Shown here: piece after piece, positions 52,432 to 64,000 of the stretch
How the letters are laid out: every line of letters starts with the position of its first letter
Numbering within the stretch: position 1 is the stretch's first letter
Origin: an uncultured Gammaproteobacteria bacterium
GTDB lineage: Bacteria; Pseudomonadota; Gammaproteobacteria; JABCZS01
Assembly (NCBI GenBank): GCA_963848305.1
Contig: CAWKDC010000001.1
Span: 800,001 to 864,000 of the forward strand
DNA: 64,000 nucleotides
Direction: 5' to 3'
Notes under the pieces: generated by a model
Database searches by the model: none
Told to the model about the DNA's origin: nothing
The model's input: the letters and a program-made list of their open reading frames with translations, nothing else
Translations under genes and position numbers: made by a program

Positions 52432-55400
52432 TTATTCCGCATCTTTAGAGTTAAAGACCTCGCTGATTGCAGATTGCAGTTCTTCCGCGCTGCGATCCAA
52501 CTCTTCGGTTGCCTGGATGGCATGAGTCGCCCTGCGACGTGCCATATGGTAAGCCAAGCCTGTACCACCTGGGATCAGACGACCCACAATCACGTTCTCT
52601 TTCAGGCCTCTCAGTCGATCGCGTTTACCAGAAACAGACGCCTCGGTTAAAACGCGGGTCGTTTCTTGGAACGAGGCAGCAGAAATGAAGGACTCTGTTG
52701 CCAAGGACGCCTTGGTGATACCTAATAGAACAGGTTCGTAAGTTGCTGGCATTTTGCCATCTTTCACGAGCTGCTTATTCGCATCCAACACAGCAAATAC
52801 ATCGGCCTGCTCCCCTTCCAGGAAGTGAGAATCCCCACGGCTGACAATATTAGCCTTACGTAACATTTGTCGAATAATCACTTCAATGTGCTTATCGTTA
52901 ATCTTAACGCCTTGTAAGCGGTAAACGTCTTGCACTTCGTTGACGATAAAGTTCGTCAGTGCATTCACGCCTTGCAACCTCAAGATATCATGAGGATTAG
53001 GCGGACCGTCAGCAATGATTTCACCCTTCTCAACAGTTTCACCTTCAAACACCGTCACGTGACGCCATTTCGGAATTAACTCTTCATGCACAGTGCCATC
53101 GATAGCCGTGATGGTCAGACGACGCTTGCCTTTGGTTTCTTTACCAAAGCTCACAACCCCTGAAATTTCTGCCAGGATAGCAGGATCTTTGGGCTTACGT
53201 GCTTCGACCAAGTCGGCAACTCGTGGCAAGCCCCCGGTAATATCGCGAGTCTTTGACGTTTCTTGGGGAATACGGGCGATAACATCACCAATTTTCACTT
53301 CAGAATTGTCTGTCAACGTCACGATCGCACCCGCAGGCAAGAAATAATGCGCTGGCAATGCTGCGCCGGATAGCAATAAATCGTTACCTTTTTCATCCAC
53401 CAACTTCACCAACGGACGCAATTCGCGACCCGTGCTGGAACGTTGTTTAGAATCTGTGACAACAATGTTACTTAAACCCGTGAGCTCGTCCGTTTGTTTA
53501 CGGCAAGTCATGCCTTCGATCATGTCGACAAATTGAATCCGACCAGTTAATTCACAGATGATCGGATGGGTATGTGGATCCCAGGTTGCAATGATTTGCC
53601 CCGCTTCCACTTTGTCTTCATTACGCACAACCAATTCAGCACCGTAAGGCACTTTGTAGCGCTCGCGTTCATGACCTTTTAAATCTAATACAGTGATTTC
53701 ACCGGAGCGCGATACCACAACGGCTTTGCCATCTGCACGGTTCAACAATTTCAAATTATGCAATTTGACAGAACCTGTGTTCTTCACTTGCACTTGGTTA
53801 ACGGTGATCGTACGAGATGCAGCACCCCCGATGTGGAACGTTCTCATGGTGAGCTGTGTACCCGGTTCACCGATAGATTGCGCTGCAATCACACCCACCG
53901 CCTCGCCCATGTTCACTAAGTGACCACGCGCCAAATCGCGACCGTAACATTTCGCACAAATACCATATTGTGTTGAACATGTGATCGGTGAGCGAGTGTA
54001 CACGTCATGAATACCTTCTGCTTCAAATTTTGCAGCCAGATCTTCATCCACAAATGTACCCGCTTCAGCCAGCATGGCGCCTGTGATCGGATCTTTCACA
54101 TCTTGAACCAAGAAGCGACCAATCACACGCTCACGCAAGGATTCAACCACGTCACCGCCTTGAATCAAGGAAGAAATGCGAACACCTTGGTTGGTACCAC
54201 AATCAACTTCAGTCACAACCATGTCTTGCGACACGTCAACCAAACGACGGGTTAGGTAACCTGAGTTTGCTGTTTTCAATGCAGTATCGGCAAGACCTTT
54301 ACGCGCACCGTGGGTAGAGATGAAGTATTGTAAAACATTCAACCCTTCACGGAAGTTAGCCGTAATTGGTGTCTCGATGATCGAACCGTCTGGTTTCGCC
54401 ATCAAGCCGCGCATACCGGCCAACTGGCGGATCTGCGCTGCACTTCCCCGTGCGCCCGAATCGGCCATCATGTACACAGAATTAAATGATTCCTGTTCAG
54501 CCATGTTGCCTTGCTTATCTTGTACCATTTCTTTGGAAAGCTTCGTCATCATTGCCTTAGCAACACGATCATTGGTACGTGCCCAAATATCGATGACTTT
54601 ATTATAACGCTCGCCAAATGTGACCAAGCCAGACACATATTGTGATTCGATTTCTTTCACTTCCGCTTCTGCGGCAGCAATGATCTCTGCCTTCGAATCA
54701 GGAATGACCAAATCGACGATAGCGATTGAAGTACCCGAGCGCATCGCATAGTAGAAGCCCATGTACATGAGTTGATCCGCAAATACCACGGTTTCCTTCA
54801 AGCCCACTTTATGGTAACAGGACATGATCAACCCAGAAATGGATTTCTTATTCATGGTCTTGTTGATATCGGAAAACAACATGCCTTCGGGCAAAATATC
54901 CAACAGCATGATGCGACCCACGGTCGTTTCAACCAGACGAGATTTCTTCGGATCTCCCCCTTGCTCCAAACGGCTGAGTGGCAAACGCACTTTGATTCGT
55001 GCATGCAAACCCACATGACGTGTGCCATAAGCACGGTACACTTCTGTTGGATCTGAAAATGCCATGCCTTCGCCCTTGTCGTTAATACGTTCGCGGGTCA
55101 TATAATAGATACCCAACACGATATCTTGCGAAGGCACAATGATAGGCTCACCATTAGCAGGTGATAGAATATTATTTGTTGACATCATGAGCGTGCGTGC
55201 TTCGAGCTGCGCTTCAATCGTCAAAGGAACGTGAACAGCCATTTGGTCACCGTCGAAGTCAGCGTTGAACGCCGCACAAACGAGGGGATGTAATTGAATG
55301 GCTTTGCCTTCGATCAAAATAGGTTCAAATGCTTGAATACCTAATCTATGCAAAGTAGGTGCACGGTTCAACAGTACGGGATGTTCGCGAATAACGCTTT

Positions 55401-56673
55401 CCAAAATATCCCACACCTCTGGACCTTCACGTTCTACCATTTTCTTCGCCGCTTTGATGGTCGTGGCCAAACCAAGACGCTCTAAGCGATTGAAAATAAA
55501 GGGTTTAAATAGCTCGAGCGCCATCTTTTTGGGAAGACCGCATTGATGCAAACGCAATGTTGGTCCTACCACGATCACGGAACGACCGGAGTAATCCACA
55601 CGTTTACCAAGCAAGTTTTGACGGAAACGACCTTGTTTACCTTTGATCATGTCGGCCAAAGATTTCAAGGGGCGCTTGTTGCTGCCCGTGATCGCTCTGC
55701 CACGACGGCCGTTATCCAACAAGGCATCAACCGCTTCTTGCAACATACGTTTTTCATTGCGAACAATGATGTCAGGTGCATTCAAATCCAACAAACGTTT
55801 CAAACGGTTATTACGATTCAACACACGACGATACAAATCGTTCAAGTCAGAAGTCGCAAAACGTCCACCATCTAGCGGTACCAAAGGACGCAAATCGGGT
55901 GGCAATACCGGTAATACTTCAAGCACCATCCACTCAGGTTTGTTACCAGAGGTATCAAAGGCTTCTAACAGCTTCAATCGTTTAGCGTATTTCTTATACT
56001 TGGTATCTGAGCCCGTTTCAGCAATGGCTTCGCGCAGTAACTTGATTTCTTCTTTCACGTCAATGGCACGCAGCAATGTGCGAATCGCACCCGCACCCAT
56101 GTCTGCTTCGAAATCATCACCAAATTGTTCACGCGCTTCCAGGAATGCTTCATCTGTCAGAATTTGACCTTTCTCGAGTGACGTCATGCCAGGTTCTGTG
56201 ACCACATAGGCTTCAAAATAGAGAATGCGTTCGATATCACGCAAGGTCATGTCCAGCAACAAACCGATACGTGACGGCAAGGACTTCAAATACCAGATAT
56301 GAGCGACTGGGGAAGCCAATTCAATGTGACCCATGCGTTCGCGACGCACCTTGGCCAACGTGACCTCAACACCACATTTTTCGCACACTATACCACGGTG
56401 CTTTAACCGCTTGTATTTACCACACAAACATTCGTAATCCTTGACAGGTCCGAATATTTTGCAACAGAACAAACCGTCGCGCTCTGGTTTATATGTGCGA
56501 TAGTTGATGGTTTCAGCCTTTTTGACTTCACCATGTGACTGGGCACGAATTTCTTCGTCTGATGAAACTCTAATTTGCACAATGTCGAATTCATCATTAC
56601 TAATTTCTTCTCTAGATAGACTAAACATGGGCGCTCCGCTGTGCGTATTTCTAGGGGAATCAGAATGGTACAA
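52432..56673 (-). CDS. rpoC: RNA polymerase beta-prime subunit
   Basis: NADFDGD, Zn-finger Cys, SAASFQETT; TTG at 56673 follows GGAGG (alternative ATG at 56628). Confidence 0.98.
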   Translation of the reverse strand: MYHSDSPRNTHSGAPMFSLSREEISNDEFDIVQIRVSSDEEIRAQSHGEVKKAETINYRTYKPERDGLFCCKIFGPVKDYECLCGKYKRLKHRGIVCEKCGVEVTLAKVRRERMGHIELASPVAHIWYLKSLPSRIGLLLDMTLRDIERILYFEAYVVTEPGMTSLEKGQILTDEAFLEAREQFGDDFEADMGAGAIRTLLRAIDVKEEIKLLREAIAETGSDTKYKKYAKRLKLLEAFDTSGNKPEWMVLEVLPVLPPDLRPLVPLDGGRFATSDLNDLYRRVLNRNNRLKRLLDLNAPDIIVRNEKRMLQEAVDALLDNGRRGRAITGSNKRPLKSLADMIKGKQGRFRQNLLGKRVDYSGRSVIVVGPTLRLHQCGLPKKMALELFKPFIFNRLERLGLATTIKAAKKMVEREGPEVWDILESVIREHPVLLNRAPTLHRLGIQAFEPILIEGKAIQLHPLVCAAFNADFDGDQMAVHVPLTIEAQLEARTLMMSTNNILSPANGEPIIVPSQDIVLGIYYMTRERINDKGEGMAFSDPTEVYRAYGTRHVGLHARIKVRLPLSRLEQGGDPKKSRLVETTVGRIMLLDILPEGMLFSDINKTMNKKSISGLIMSCYHKVGLKETVVFADQLMYMGFYYAMRSGTSIAIVDLVIPDSKAEIIAAAEAEVKEIESQYVSGLVTFGERYNKVIDIWARTNDRVAKAMMTKLSKEMVQDKQGNMAEQESFNSVYMMADSGARGSAAQIRQLAGMRGLMAKPDGSIIETPITANFREGLNVLQYFISTHGARKGLADTALKTANSGYLTRRLVDVSQDMVVTEVDCGTNQGVRISSLIQGGDVVESLRERVIGRFLVQDVKDPITGAMLAEAGTFVDEDLAAKFEAEGIHDVYTRSPITCSTQYGICAKCYGRDLARGHLVNMGEAVGVIAAQSIGEPGTQLTMRTFHIGGAASRTITVNQVQVKNTGSVKLHNLKLLNRADGKAVVVSRSGEITVLDLKGHERERYKVPYGAELVVRNEDKVEAGQIIATWDPHTHPIICELTGRIQFVDMIEGMTCRKQTDELTGLSNIVVTDSKQRSSTGRELRPLVKLVDEKGNDLLLSGAALPAHYFLPAGAIVTLTDNSEVKIGDVIARIPQETSKTRDITGGLPRVADLVEARKPKDPAILAEISGVVSFGKETKGKRRLTITAIDGTVHEELIPKWRHVTVFEGETVEKGEIIADGPPNPHDILRLQGVNALTNFIVNEVQDVYRLQGVKINDKHIEVIIRQMLRKANIVSRGDSHFLEGEQADVFAVLDANKQLVKDGKMPATYEPVLLGITKASLATESFISAASFQETTRVLTEASVSGKRDRLRGLKENVIVGRLIPGGTGLAYHMARRRATHAIQATEELDRSAEELQSAISEVFNSKDAE

Positions 56674-56686
56674 AGTAAAACCTCCG

Positions 56687-59600
56687 CTACTCTCTCTCAA
56701 GATCAATACTGATCGCAAGAGATCGAATTTCTTTCACCAACACATTGAACGACTCGGGCATACCGGGTTCCATGCGATGATCCCCATCGACGATGTTTTT
56801 GTACATCTTCGTGCGTCCTGCGACGTCGTCCGACTTGACCGTCAACATTTCCTGCAAGGTATAGGCAGCGCCATACGCTTGCAATGCCCAGACTTCCATT
56901 TCCCCGAAACGCTGACCACCGAACTGCGCTTTACCGCCCAATGGCTGCTGCGTGACAAGGCTGTATGAGCCAGTCGAACGGGCATGCATCTTGTCATCCA
57001 CCAAGTGATGGAGCTTCAAAATGTACATATACCCTACGGTCACCGGCGCATCAAACATTTCGCCGGTACGACCATCGATCAGGTTGATCTTGCCGCTTTC
57101 TGGCAAACCAGCCATCTTCAAGAGTTCACGTATCTGCGCTTCACTTGCACCGTCAAACACGGGGGTTGCCATCGGCACGCCACCGCGGAGATTGTTCGCT
57201 ACGCGCAAGACTTGATCATCGGAGAGATCGTTAATGATGCCCTTATCTGCTCCGCCCAAACTATAAATTTTGTTCAGGAAAGTACGGACATCTGCGATCT
57301 TACGCTGCTCATCGAGCATGTTCGCAATCTTTTGACCTAAGCCTTTGGCTGCCCACCCAAGGTGAGTTTCCAATAGCTGACCGACGTTCATACGTGAAGG
57401 AACGCCCAGTGGATTCAATACGATATCCACGGGGGTACCGTCTTCCAGGTATGGCATGTCTTCGACGGGCATGATCTTTGAAATAACACCCTTGTTACCA
57501 TGTCGACCAGCCATCTTATCACCTGGTTGAATGCGACGGTTCACAGCCATGTAGACTTTCACAATCTTCAAGACGCCGGGAGACAGATCATCACTTTGTG
57601 TGATTTTCTTACGTTTTTCTTCAAAACGTGTGTCATAGGCTTCACGCTCTTGTTTGAGCTGGGCTTTTAACGCTTCCAAATCACGGTTAGCATCGTCGTT
57701 ACGCAGACGAATCTCGAACCATTTAATGCGAGGCAGATCCAACAAATACTCTTCAGTGATTTTGCTGCCAGGCTTTAATGCCTTTCGGACCACCTTCGGC
57801 AACTTTACTGATTAAAAGCTTCATGATCCGCTGATAAATACCATCTTCAAGAATGCGGTATTCATCTTGCAAATCTTTACGCACTTTTTCAAGCTCAGCA
57901 GCTTCGATGGCATCAGCACGTGCGCCTTTATCAACGCCATCACGCGTGAATACTTGAACGTCGATCACGGTACCGTTCATGCCGGTAGGCACACGGAGTG
58001 AGGTGTCTTTGACGTCAGAAGCTTTTTCACCGAAAATAGCGCGCAAGAGCTTTTCTTCGGGGGTCAGCTGTGTCTCGCCTTTCGGAGTGACCTTACCGAC
58101 CAGAATGTCGCCTGCTTTCACTTTCGCACCAATGTAAACGATACCTGCTTCATCCAATTTGGACAGAGCAGATTCGCCCACGTTAGGAATGTCAGCCGTG
58201 ATTTCTTCGGGCCCAATTTCGTGTCGCGAGAAATACAGGACAATTCTTCAATGTGAATAGAAGTGAAACGATCTTCTTCAACAACACGCTCAGAAATCAA
58301 GATCGAATCTTCGAAGTTATAACCATTCCAAGGCATGAAAGCGACCAATAGGTTTTGACCCAAGGCCAATTCACCCATATCAGTGGCTGACGCATCTGCC
58401 AACACATCGCCTCTCGCAATCACGTCACCAGGTACCACAAGTGGGCGTTGGTTGATCGCCGTGTTTTGGTTCGAACGTTTGTATTTCGTTAAATTGTAAA
58501 TATCAACGCCGGCTTCGCCCGCGGTGGTTTCATCATCGTTCACGCGCACCACAATACGGGCAGCGTCAACCGCATCTACCACACCGCCACGTCTTGCGAC
58601 GGCCGTTGCACCAGAGTCCACCGCGACAATGCGCTCCAATCCTGTTCCAACCAAAGGCTTATCGGCCTTCAGGGTGGGAACCGCTTGGCGTTGCATGTTT
58701 GATCCCATCAATGCACGGTTAGCATCGTCATGTTCCAAGAAAGGAATCAACGAGGCGGCCACAGACACGATTTGTCGTGGTGACACGTCCATGTAATTGA
58801 TGTTTTCAGGCGAGGTTAATGTAAATTCGTTTTTGTAACGACAAGGCACGAGATCATCCAGCAATTTGCCTTTACTGTCGACGCGGGCATTGGCCTGTGC
58901 GATGTAGTATTGGCTTTCATCAATTGCGGAGAGATAATCCACTGCATCAGTGACCACACCGTTTTTGACACGACGACAAGGGGTTTCGATGAAACCATAC
59001 TTGTTGGTACGCGCAAATACAGAGAGTGAGTTGATCAAACCGATGTTCGGGCCTTCAGGTGTTTCAATCGGGCACACACGGCCGTAATGAGTTGCGTGAA
59101 CGTCACGGACTTCAAAGCTCGCACGCTCACGGGTTAGACCACCTGGCCCCAGGGCTGAAACACGGCGTTTATGCGTGATTTCAGACAATGGGTTGTTTTG
59201 GTCCATGAATTGCGACAATTGGCTTGAGCCAAAGAATTCTTTGATAGCCGCAGAAACAGGTTTGGCATTGATCAGATCTTGGGGCATGCTGCCTTCAGTA
59301 TCTGCAAGACCTAAACGTTCTTTCACAGCGCGTTCAACACGCACCAAGCCCACGCGGAATTGATTTTCAACCAATTCACCCACGCAGCGTACACGACGGT
59401 TACCCAAATGATCGATATCGTCGATTTCGCCTTTGCCATCACGGGTGCTGATCAACACGCGGATTGCATCAACGATGTCTTCTTTCGTCAATACGCCAGG
59501 ACCTTCATCCTGAGTACGACCCACACGACGGTTGAATTTCATTCGACCTACAGCAGATAGATCATAACGATCTTCAGCGAAAAAGAGACTGTGGAACAGT

Positions 59601-60781
59601 GCTTCCGCCGCATCTTTTGTAGGGGGTTCACCGGGACGCATCATGCGATAAATTTCAACCAATGCTTCGAGGGGTGACTTACATGTGTCAACACGCAAGG
59701 TGTCAGAAATGTAAGGACCACGATCGAGATCGTTGGTGTCCAAAATGTCAAGTTGCTTCACGCCCGATGATTGGAATTTTTTGATGAGATCTGCGGTGAT
59801 TTCAGTGTTTGCTTCGGCAATGATTTCACCAGAATCTTGGTCAATCAGTGTGTTAGCAAGGGCTTTGCCAAGCAATGCATCGTAAGGCACATCCAATGTT
59901 TTTATATTGGCCTTTTCAATTTGTTTGATGTGACGTGACGTAAAGCGACGACCGGCTTCCACAATGACATTACCTGACTCATCGTGAACGTCTGCAATGG
60001 CCGTTTCGCCACGTAAGCGTTCAGGGGTTAAAGTCATCGTGACATTGTCAGCATTCAGTTTGAAATGAACGGTATCAAAGAAAAGACCAAGAATGTCGTC
60101 AGTTGAGAAGCCCATGGCACGTAACAACACGGTGACAGGCAATTTGCGACGTCTGTCAATGCGGACATAGAGGCAATCTTTGGGATCGAATTCGAAATCG
60201 AGCCACGAACCACGGTAAGGAATGATCCGTGCGGAATACAATAATTTCCCAGATGAGTGGGTTTTGCCCTTATCATGCTCAACAAACAATCCAGGCGAGC
60301 GTTGTAATTGGCTGACAACCACACGTTCTGTGCCATTGATAATGAACGAACAATTGTCCGTCATCAAGGGGAGTTCACCCATGTACACTTCTTGTTCACG
60401 AATGTCTTTCACAACCTTCGTGCCAGCAGGCGCATCCTTATCATAAATAATAAGGCGCATTTTCACACGCAGAGGTGAGGCATAAGTCACACCACGATCG
60501 ATACACTCTGGCACCTCGTATGGAGGCGTGCCTAAACGGTATGAATCGTACTCAAGAACGGCATTCCCAGAGAAGCTCTCAATGGGAAAAACGCTTTTAA
60601 AAGCGCCGTGCAGGCCAGATGCTGTGCGCAGTGCTGGGTCTGTGATATTGAGTTGCAGGAAGTCGTTACCGTATGATTCGCGTTGAATCTCAAGCAAATT
60701 TGGCACGTCAAGAATATGTTTGACGTCACCGAAAAATAAGCGTGGACGGCGTGTTTCAGTAAATGATTTCGTGGCAGCCAT
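56687..60781 (-). CDS. rpoB: RNA polymerase beta subunit with frameshifts near 58211 and 57775-57790
   Basis: [34 protein letters not shown] across three abutting ORFs. Confidence 0.97.
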
Positions 60782-60875
60782 TGGCAGTCCTCGATGTAGT
60801 TTAATGCTCTATCAATCTCTAAAAAGCAGGACATTGGCAGGCGAACCAGCCAATGTCACTGTTCGTACAATTCCG

Positions 60876-61253
60876 TTATTTAATTTCAACGGATGCACCA
60901 GCTTCTTCAAGCTTTTTCTTCAAGGTGGCAGCTTCATCTTTGCTGACGCCTTCTTTCACAACAGCAGGCGTACCTTCAACGAGGTCCTTCGCTTCTTTCA
61001 AGCCCAATGTCGTGACTTCACGAACAACTTTAATCACTGAGACTTTGTTTGCGCCAGCAGCAGTCAAGACAACGTTAAACTCTGTCTTTTCTTCTGCAGG
61101 TGCAGCAGCGCCAGCAGCAGGTGCAGCAGCCATTGCTACGGGAGCAGCAGCAGTCACACCGAATTTATCTTCCATATCTTTGATCAATGCACAAACGTCC
61201 ATGACGCTCATTGCGGAAATGGCATCAAGAATTTGTTCTCTAGATACGCTCAT
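60876..61253 (-). CDS. rplL: 50S ribosomal protein L7/L12
   Basis: [17 protein letters not shown]. Confidence 0.98.
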   Translation of the reverse strand: MSVSREQILDAISAMSVMDVCALIKDMEDKFGVTAAAPVAMAAAPAAGAAAPAEEKTEFNVVLTAAGANKVSVIKVVREVTTLGLKEAKDLVEGTPAVVKEGVSKDEAATLKKKLEEAGASVEIK

Positions 61254-61280
61254 GTTATAACTCCTCACAAAATGTTAATA

Positions 61281-61808
61281 TTAAGCCTGTTCTTTTTGGT
61301 CTTTCACAGCGACGACTGTGCGCACCAATTTGGTGTGCGGCGCTGCCAAAGTTCCAACCAGTTTCTGAATCGGTGCCTTCATGACAGACATCAATTGACT
61401 GATCGCTTGATTTTTGGTCGGCAAACTAGCGACATCACCCAAACGGGCCACATCGATGTTTTGACCATCAACTGCAATCACAGTCACTTTGAATCGTTCA
61501 TTAGCCTTCATGAAGTCTTTCAACAGACGAGCGGGCGCACCCGGATCCTCTTTTGAAAAAGCAAGCACCAACGGCCTTTTCAACAAGTCTTTGACACAGT
61601 CAAAGCTTGTATCCGCCAATGCGCGACGTGCAAGTGTATTGCGAACCACGCGTAAATATACGCCTGATTCACGGGCTTGTTTCCGCAAACCGGTCATTTG
61701 AGAGACGGGAATACCTGCGTATTCACCTGCAATCAAAGTGACCGAATTGGCAGCAACTGCCCGAACATCAGCAACAATGGCTTTTTTATCTTCCAGTCCT
61801 AGTGGCAC
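61281..61808 (-). CDS. rplJ: 50S ribosomal protein L10
   Basis: KKAIV, VVRNTLARRA, ASLPT. Confidence 0.98.
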   Translation of the reverse strand: MPLGLEDKKAIVADVRAVAANSVTLIAGEYAGIPVSQMTGLRKQARESGVYLRVVRNTLARRALADTSFDCVKDLLKRPLVLAFSKEDPGAPARLLKDFMKANERFKVTVIAVDGQNIDVARLGDVASLPTKNQAISQLMSVMKAPIQKLVGTLAAPHTKLVRTVVAVKDQKEQA

Positions 61809-61827
61809 TAGTACCCCCTATTGTGTT

Positions 61828-61886
61828 GTCTGCGTGGGTAAGATTAAACGTATGGTTGCAAGCAACCTACGTACCCACGGTCTTCG
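61828..61886 (-). promoter_or_regulatory. L10 leader (rplJL autoregulatory RNA)
   Basis: GAAGACCGTGGGT...TTAAT..ACCCACGCAGAC matches the L10-leader stem pattern. Confidence 0.75.
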
Positions 61887-61921
61887 ACGAAGCAGCAATA
61901 TTGCTACTACGCCTAAAGTCT

Positions 61922-62605
61922 TTATAAAGTTATCGTTGATAAATCAACTGTTAACCCTGGCCATGGTCGTTGAAAGGGTGACTTTTTTAATGTACACGCC
62001 CTTCGCTGAAACAGGCTTTAATTTCTTGACCGCATTCACCAACGCGTCAATATTGCGCATGATGTCTTGCGATGTAAAATCGATTTTACCAATGCCTGCT
62101 TGAAGAATACCGGCCTTATCAGTGCGAAAACGCACTTGGCCTGATTTGGCATTCTTGACGGCAGTAGCAACATCGGGTGTCACTGTGCCCACTTTGGGGT
62201 TAGGCATCAAGCCACGTGGCCCAGCACTTGACCTAACTGTCCAACGATACGCATGGTATCGGGTGTGGCAATCACAACGTCAAATTCAAGGTTTCCACCT
62301 TTGATTTTTTCTGCCAAATCTTCAAAACCGACGAGATCAGCACCGGCTGCGAGTGCAGCATTGGCTGCTTCGCCTTGTGCGAACACGGCCACGCGCACAG
62401 TTTGACCTGTGCCTGCAGGCAATACAACCGATCCACGAACGCCTTCTTGCTTCGTGACACCGAGAATCATACCGAGTTCAACGGTCTCTTTGAATTTCCG
62501 GGGAGGCAAACTTTGCAACAAAGCAATCGCTTCGGGCAAAGGGTACACAGTCCCTGGCTTAACAACAGCCTGAATGGCTTTCTGATGTTTAGAAATATGT
62601 GCCAT
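61922..62605 (-). CDS. rplA: 50S ribosomal protein L1 with deletions near 62220 (1 nt) and 61960 (2 nt)
   Basis: Repair gives [19 protein letters not shown] and STTMGPGLTVD. Confidence 0.96.
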
Positions 62606-62613
62606 GTTCAACC

Positions 62614-63057
62614 CTACCCTTGTTTCGATGCTGTTTCTGAATCAATGCCCATGCTGCGTGCGCTACCTGCGATGGTACGAACAGCAGCATCCAGATCCTT
62701 TGCAGTCAGATCAGGCGTTTTGATTTTTGCAATTTCTTCCAATTGCGCGCGTGTGATCACACCGACTTTCTCAGTGTTCGGACGACCACTGCCTTTCGCC
62801 AACTTCAGCGTGTCTTTGATCAAGAAAGAGGCTGGTGGTGTCTTCAACACGAACGTGAAGCTACGATCTGAGTACACTGTGATCACAACAGGAATTGGCA
62901 TCCCTTTTTTAAAGGTTTGCGTGGCAGCGTTAAATGCCTTGCAGAATTCCATGATGTTAACACCTTGTTGACCTAATGCAGGACCAACAGGTGGACTTGG
63001 TTTTGCATCTCCAGCAGGAATCTGGAGCTTGACGTAGGCTTGAATTTTCTTTGCCAT
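62614..63057 (-). CDS. rplK: 50S ribosomal protein L11
   Basis: [18 protein letters not shown]. Confidence 0.98.
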   Translation of the reverse strand: MAKKIQAYVKLQIPAGDAKPSPPVGPALGQQGVNIMEFCKAFNAATQTFKKGMPIPVVITVYSDRSFTFVLKTPPASFLIKDTLKLAKGSGRPNTEKVGVITRAQLEEIAKIKTPDLTAKDLDAAVRTIAGSARSMGIDSETASKQG

Positions 63058-63071
63058 AAATATACTCCGTT

Positions 63072-63176
63072 TGGGTGATTAGCGCTGTTTTTAGGCAGCT
63101 CCCCTGTTTTACCATCTGAGGGCGCAAGTATGCGCCCCTACAATTTGGGGATTAGCGCTGTTTTAGGCAGCTCCCC
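63072..63176 (-). promoter_or_regulatory. Two copies of an L1-binding rplK leader motif
   Basis: GGGGAGCTGCCTAAAA(A)CAGCGCTAATC(A)CCC at 63072-63104 and 63146-63176. Confidence 0.7.
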
Positions 63177-63207
63177 ATGCCAGGGGTGCAGCATGCTGCG
63201 CCCCCAC
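63120..63207 (-). repeat. REP copies at 63120-63141 and 63183-63207
   Basis: GTAGGGGCGCATACTTGCGCCC and variant GTGGGGGCGCAGCATGCTGCACCCC. Confidence 0.75.
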
Positions 63208-63210
63208 AGT

Positions 63211-63747
63211 TTACCCTTTCTCAACCTGGCTGAACTCGAGTTCAACTGGGGTTGAGCGACCAAAAATGAGAACGGCCACACGAAGACGGCTCTTCTCATA
63301 GTTGACTTCTTCGACCACACCGTTAAAGTCGGCAAATGGACCGTCCGTAACACGAACAACTTCACCGGCTTCGAACAATGTTTTAGGTTGCGGTTTGTCT
63401 GCACGTTCTGCAACCCGGTTCAAAATCATTTCAGCTTCTTTATCGCTGATGGGCGTCGGTGTTTCGCCGCCACCTAAGAAACCCAATACTTTAGGCACAT
63501 TTTTCACGAGATACCATGCTTCAGGTTCCATCGTCATTTGTACCAATACATAGCCAGGGAAGAACTTACGGTCACTCTTGCGTTTTTGACCGCCGCGCAT
63601 TTCCACCACTTCTTCTGTTGGAACCAGTATTTTACCGAATTGCGATTGCCTTCCTTCCTCTTCTACGCGTTTTTCCAACCAAGCCTTGACTCGGTTTTCA
63701 TAGCCGGAATAGGTTTGCACCACATACCAACGCCACATATCGGCCAT
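63211..63747 (-). CDS. nusG: Transcription factor NusG
   Basis: [28 protein letters not shown]. Confidence 0.98.
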   Translation of the reverse strand: MADMWRWYVVQTYSGYENRVKAWLEKRVEEEGRQSQFGKILVPTEEVVEMRGGQKRKSDRKFFPGYVLVQMTMEPEAWYLVKNVPKVLGFLGGGETPTPISDKEAEMILNRVAERADKPQPKTLFEAGEVVRVTDGPFADFNGVVEEVNYEKSRLRVAVLIFGRSTPVELEFSQVEKG

Positions 63748-63757
63748 AACTGTGCTC

Positions 63758-64000
63758 CTAAGCTGTAATCAACGACATCACGTAAAGCAATAGGCTGTCT
63801 AACAACCATAAAAACAGGGATGCCACCAACACCATGACAACCACTGCAATGGTTGACTGGATTGTTTCTTGACGGGTAGGCCAAACGACTTTCCGTGCTT
63901 CTGCTCTCGCATTCTTAATAAACTCCAAGGCATGCTGCCCTTGGACTGTCGTACTTGCAATCCCCAAGGCAACCGCGACCAGGACAACCAGCCCTGAAAC
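63758..64000 (-). CDS. secE: Preprotein translocase SecE, truncated by the window edge
   Basis: [13 protein letters not shown]; upstream of nusG. Confidence 0.95.
   Translation of the reverse strand, partial: VSGLVVLVAVALGIASTTVQGQHALEFIKNARAEARKVVWPTRQETIQSTIAVVVMVLVASLFLWLLDSLLLYVMSLITA

Noticed and set aside
56674-56718. rpoB-rpoC fusion or overlap suggested by the ORF track
   Set aside because: rpoB has a normal end with a stop at 56687, and a GGAGG plus TTG start for rpoC follows
56687-62605. rpoB, rplA and the other split genes (secY, rplN, rplV, rplD, cmk) as pseudogenes or programmed frameshifts
   Set aside because: Mostly essential genes, conserved on both sides of each break, no slippery poly-A/T tracts, and a shared GGNCC context that points to systematic read error

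Overview
Chromosomal window from a Gammaproteobacterium; gene content suggests a host-associated, Legionellales-like lineage (inference). About 28 kb (35.6-64 kb, minus strand) is the secE-nusG-rplKAJL-rpoBC-str-S10-spc-alpha supercluster, which lacks tufA and rpmD at their usual positions. The left part holds gyrA-(aroA remnant)-cmk-rpsA, ubiG, dapB, an LplT-Aas fusion, minor pilin-like genes, an Rpn-family nuclease and tRNA-fMet-rimP-nusA-infB-rbfA-truB. An accessory island (about 27.7-35.6 kb) carries an ankyrin protein, a non-autonomous IS5-derived element with intact ends around a Legionella-effector-like passenger gene, and an orphan VgrG spike with a probable C-terminal toxin and immunity gene. 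Other signals are an internal RpnS-type start inside rpn, a GTAG REP family in the ribosomal operons and a duplicated L1-binding leader. Ten frameshifts, mostly in essential genes, all fall in or next to GGNCC. They are most likely methylation-induced sequencing errors rather than pseudogenes. All protein family calls are from motif recognition, not database searches.
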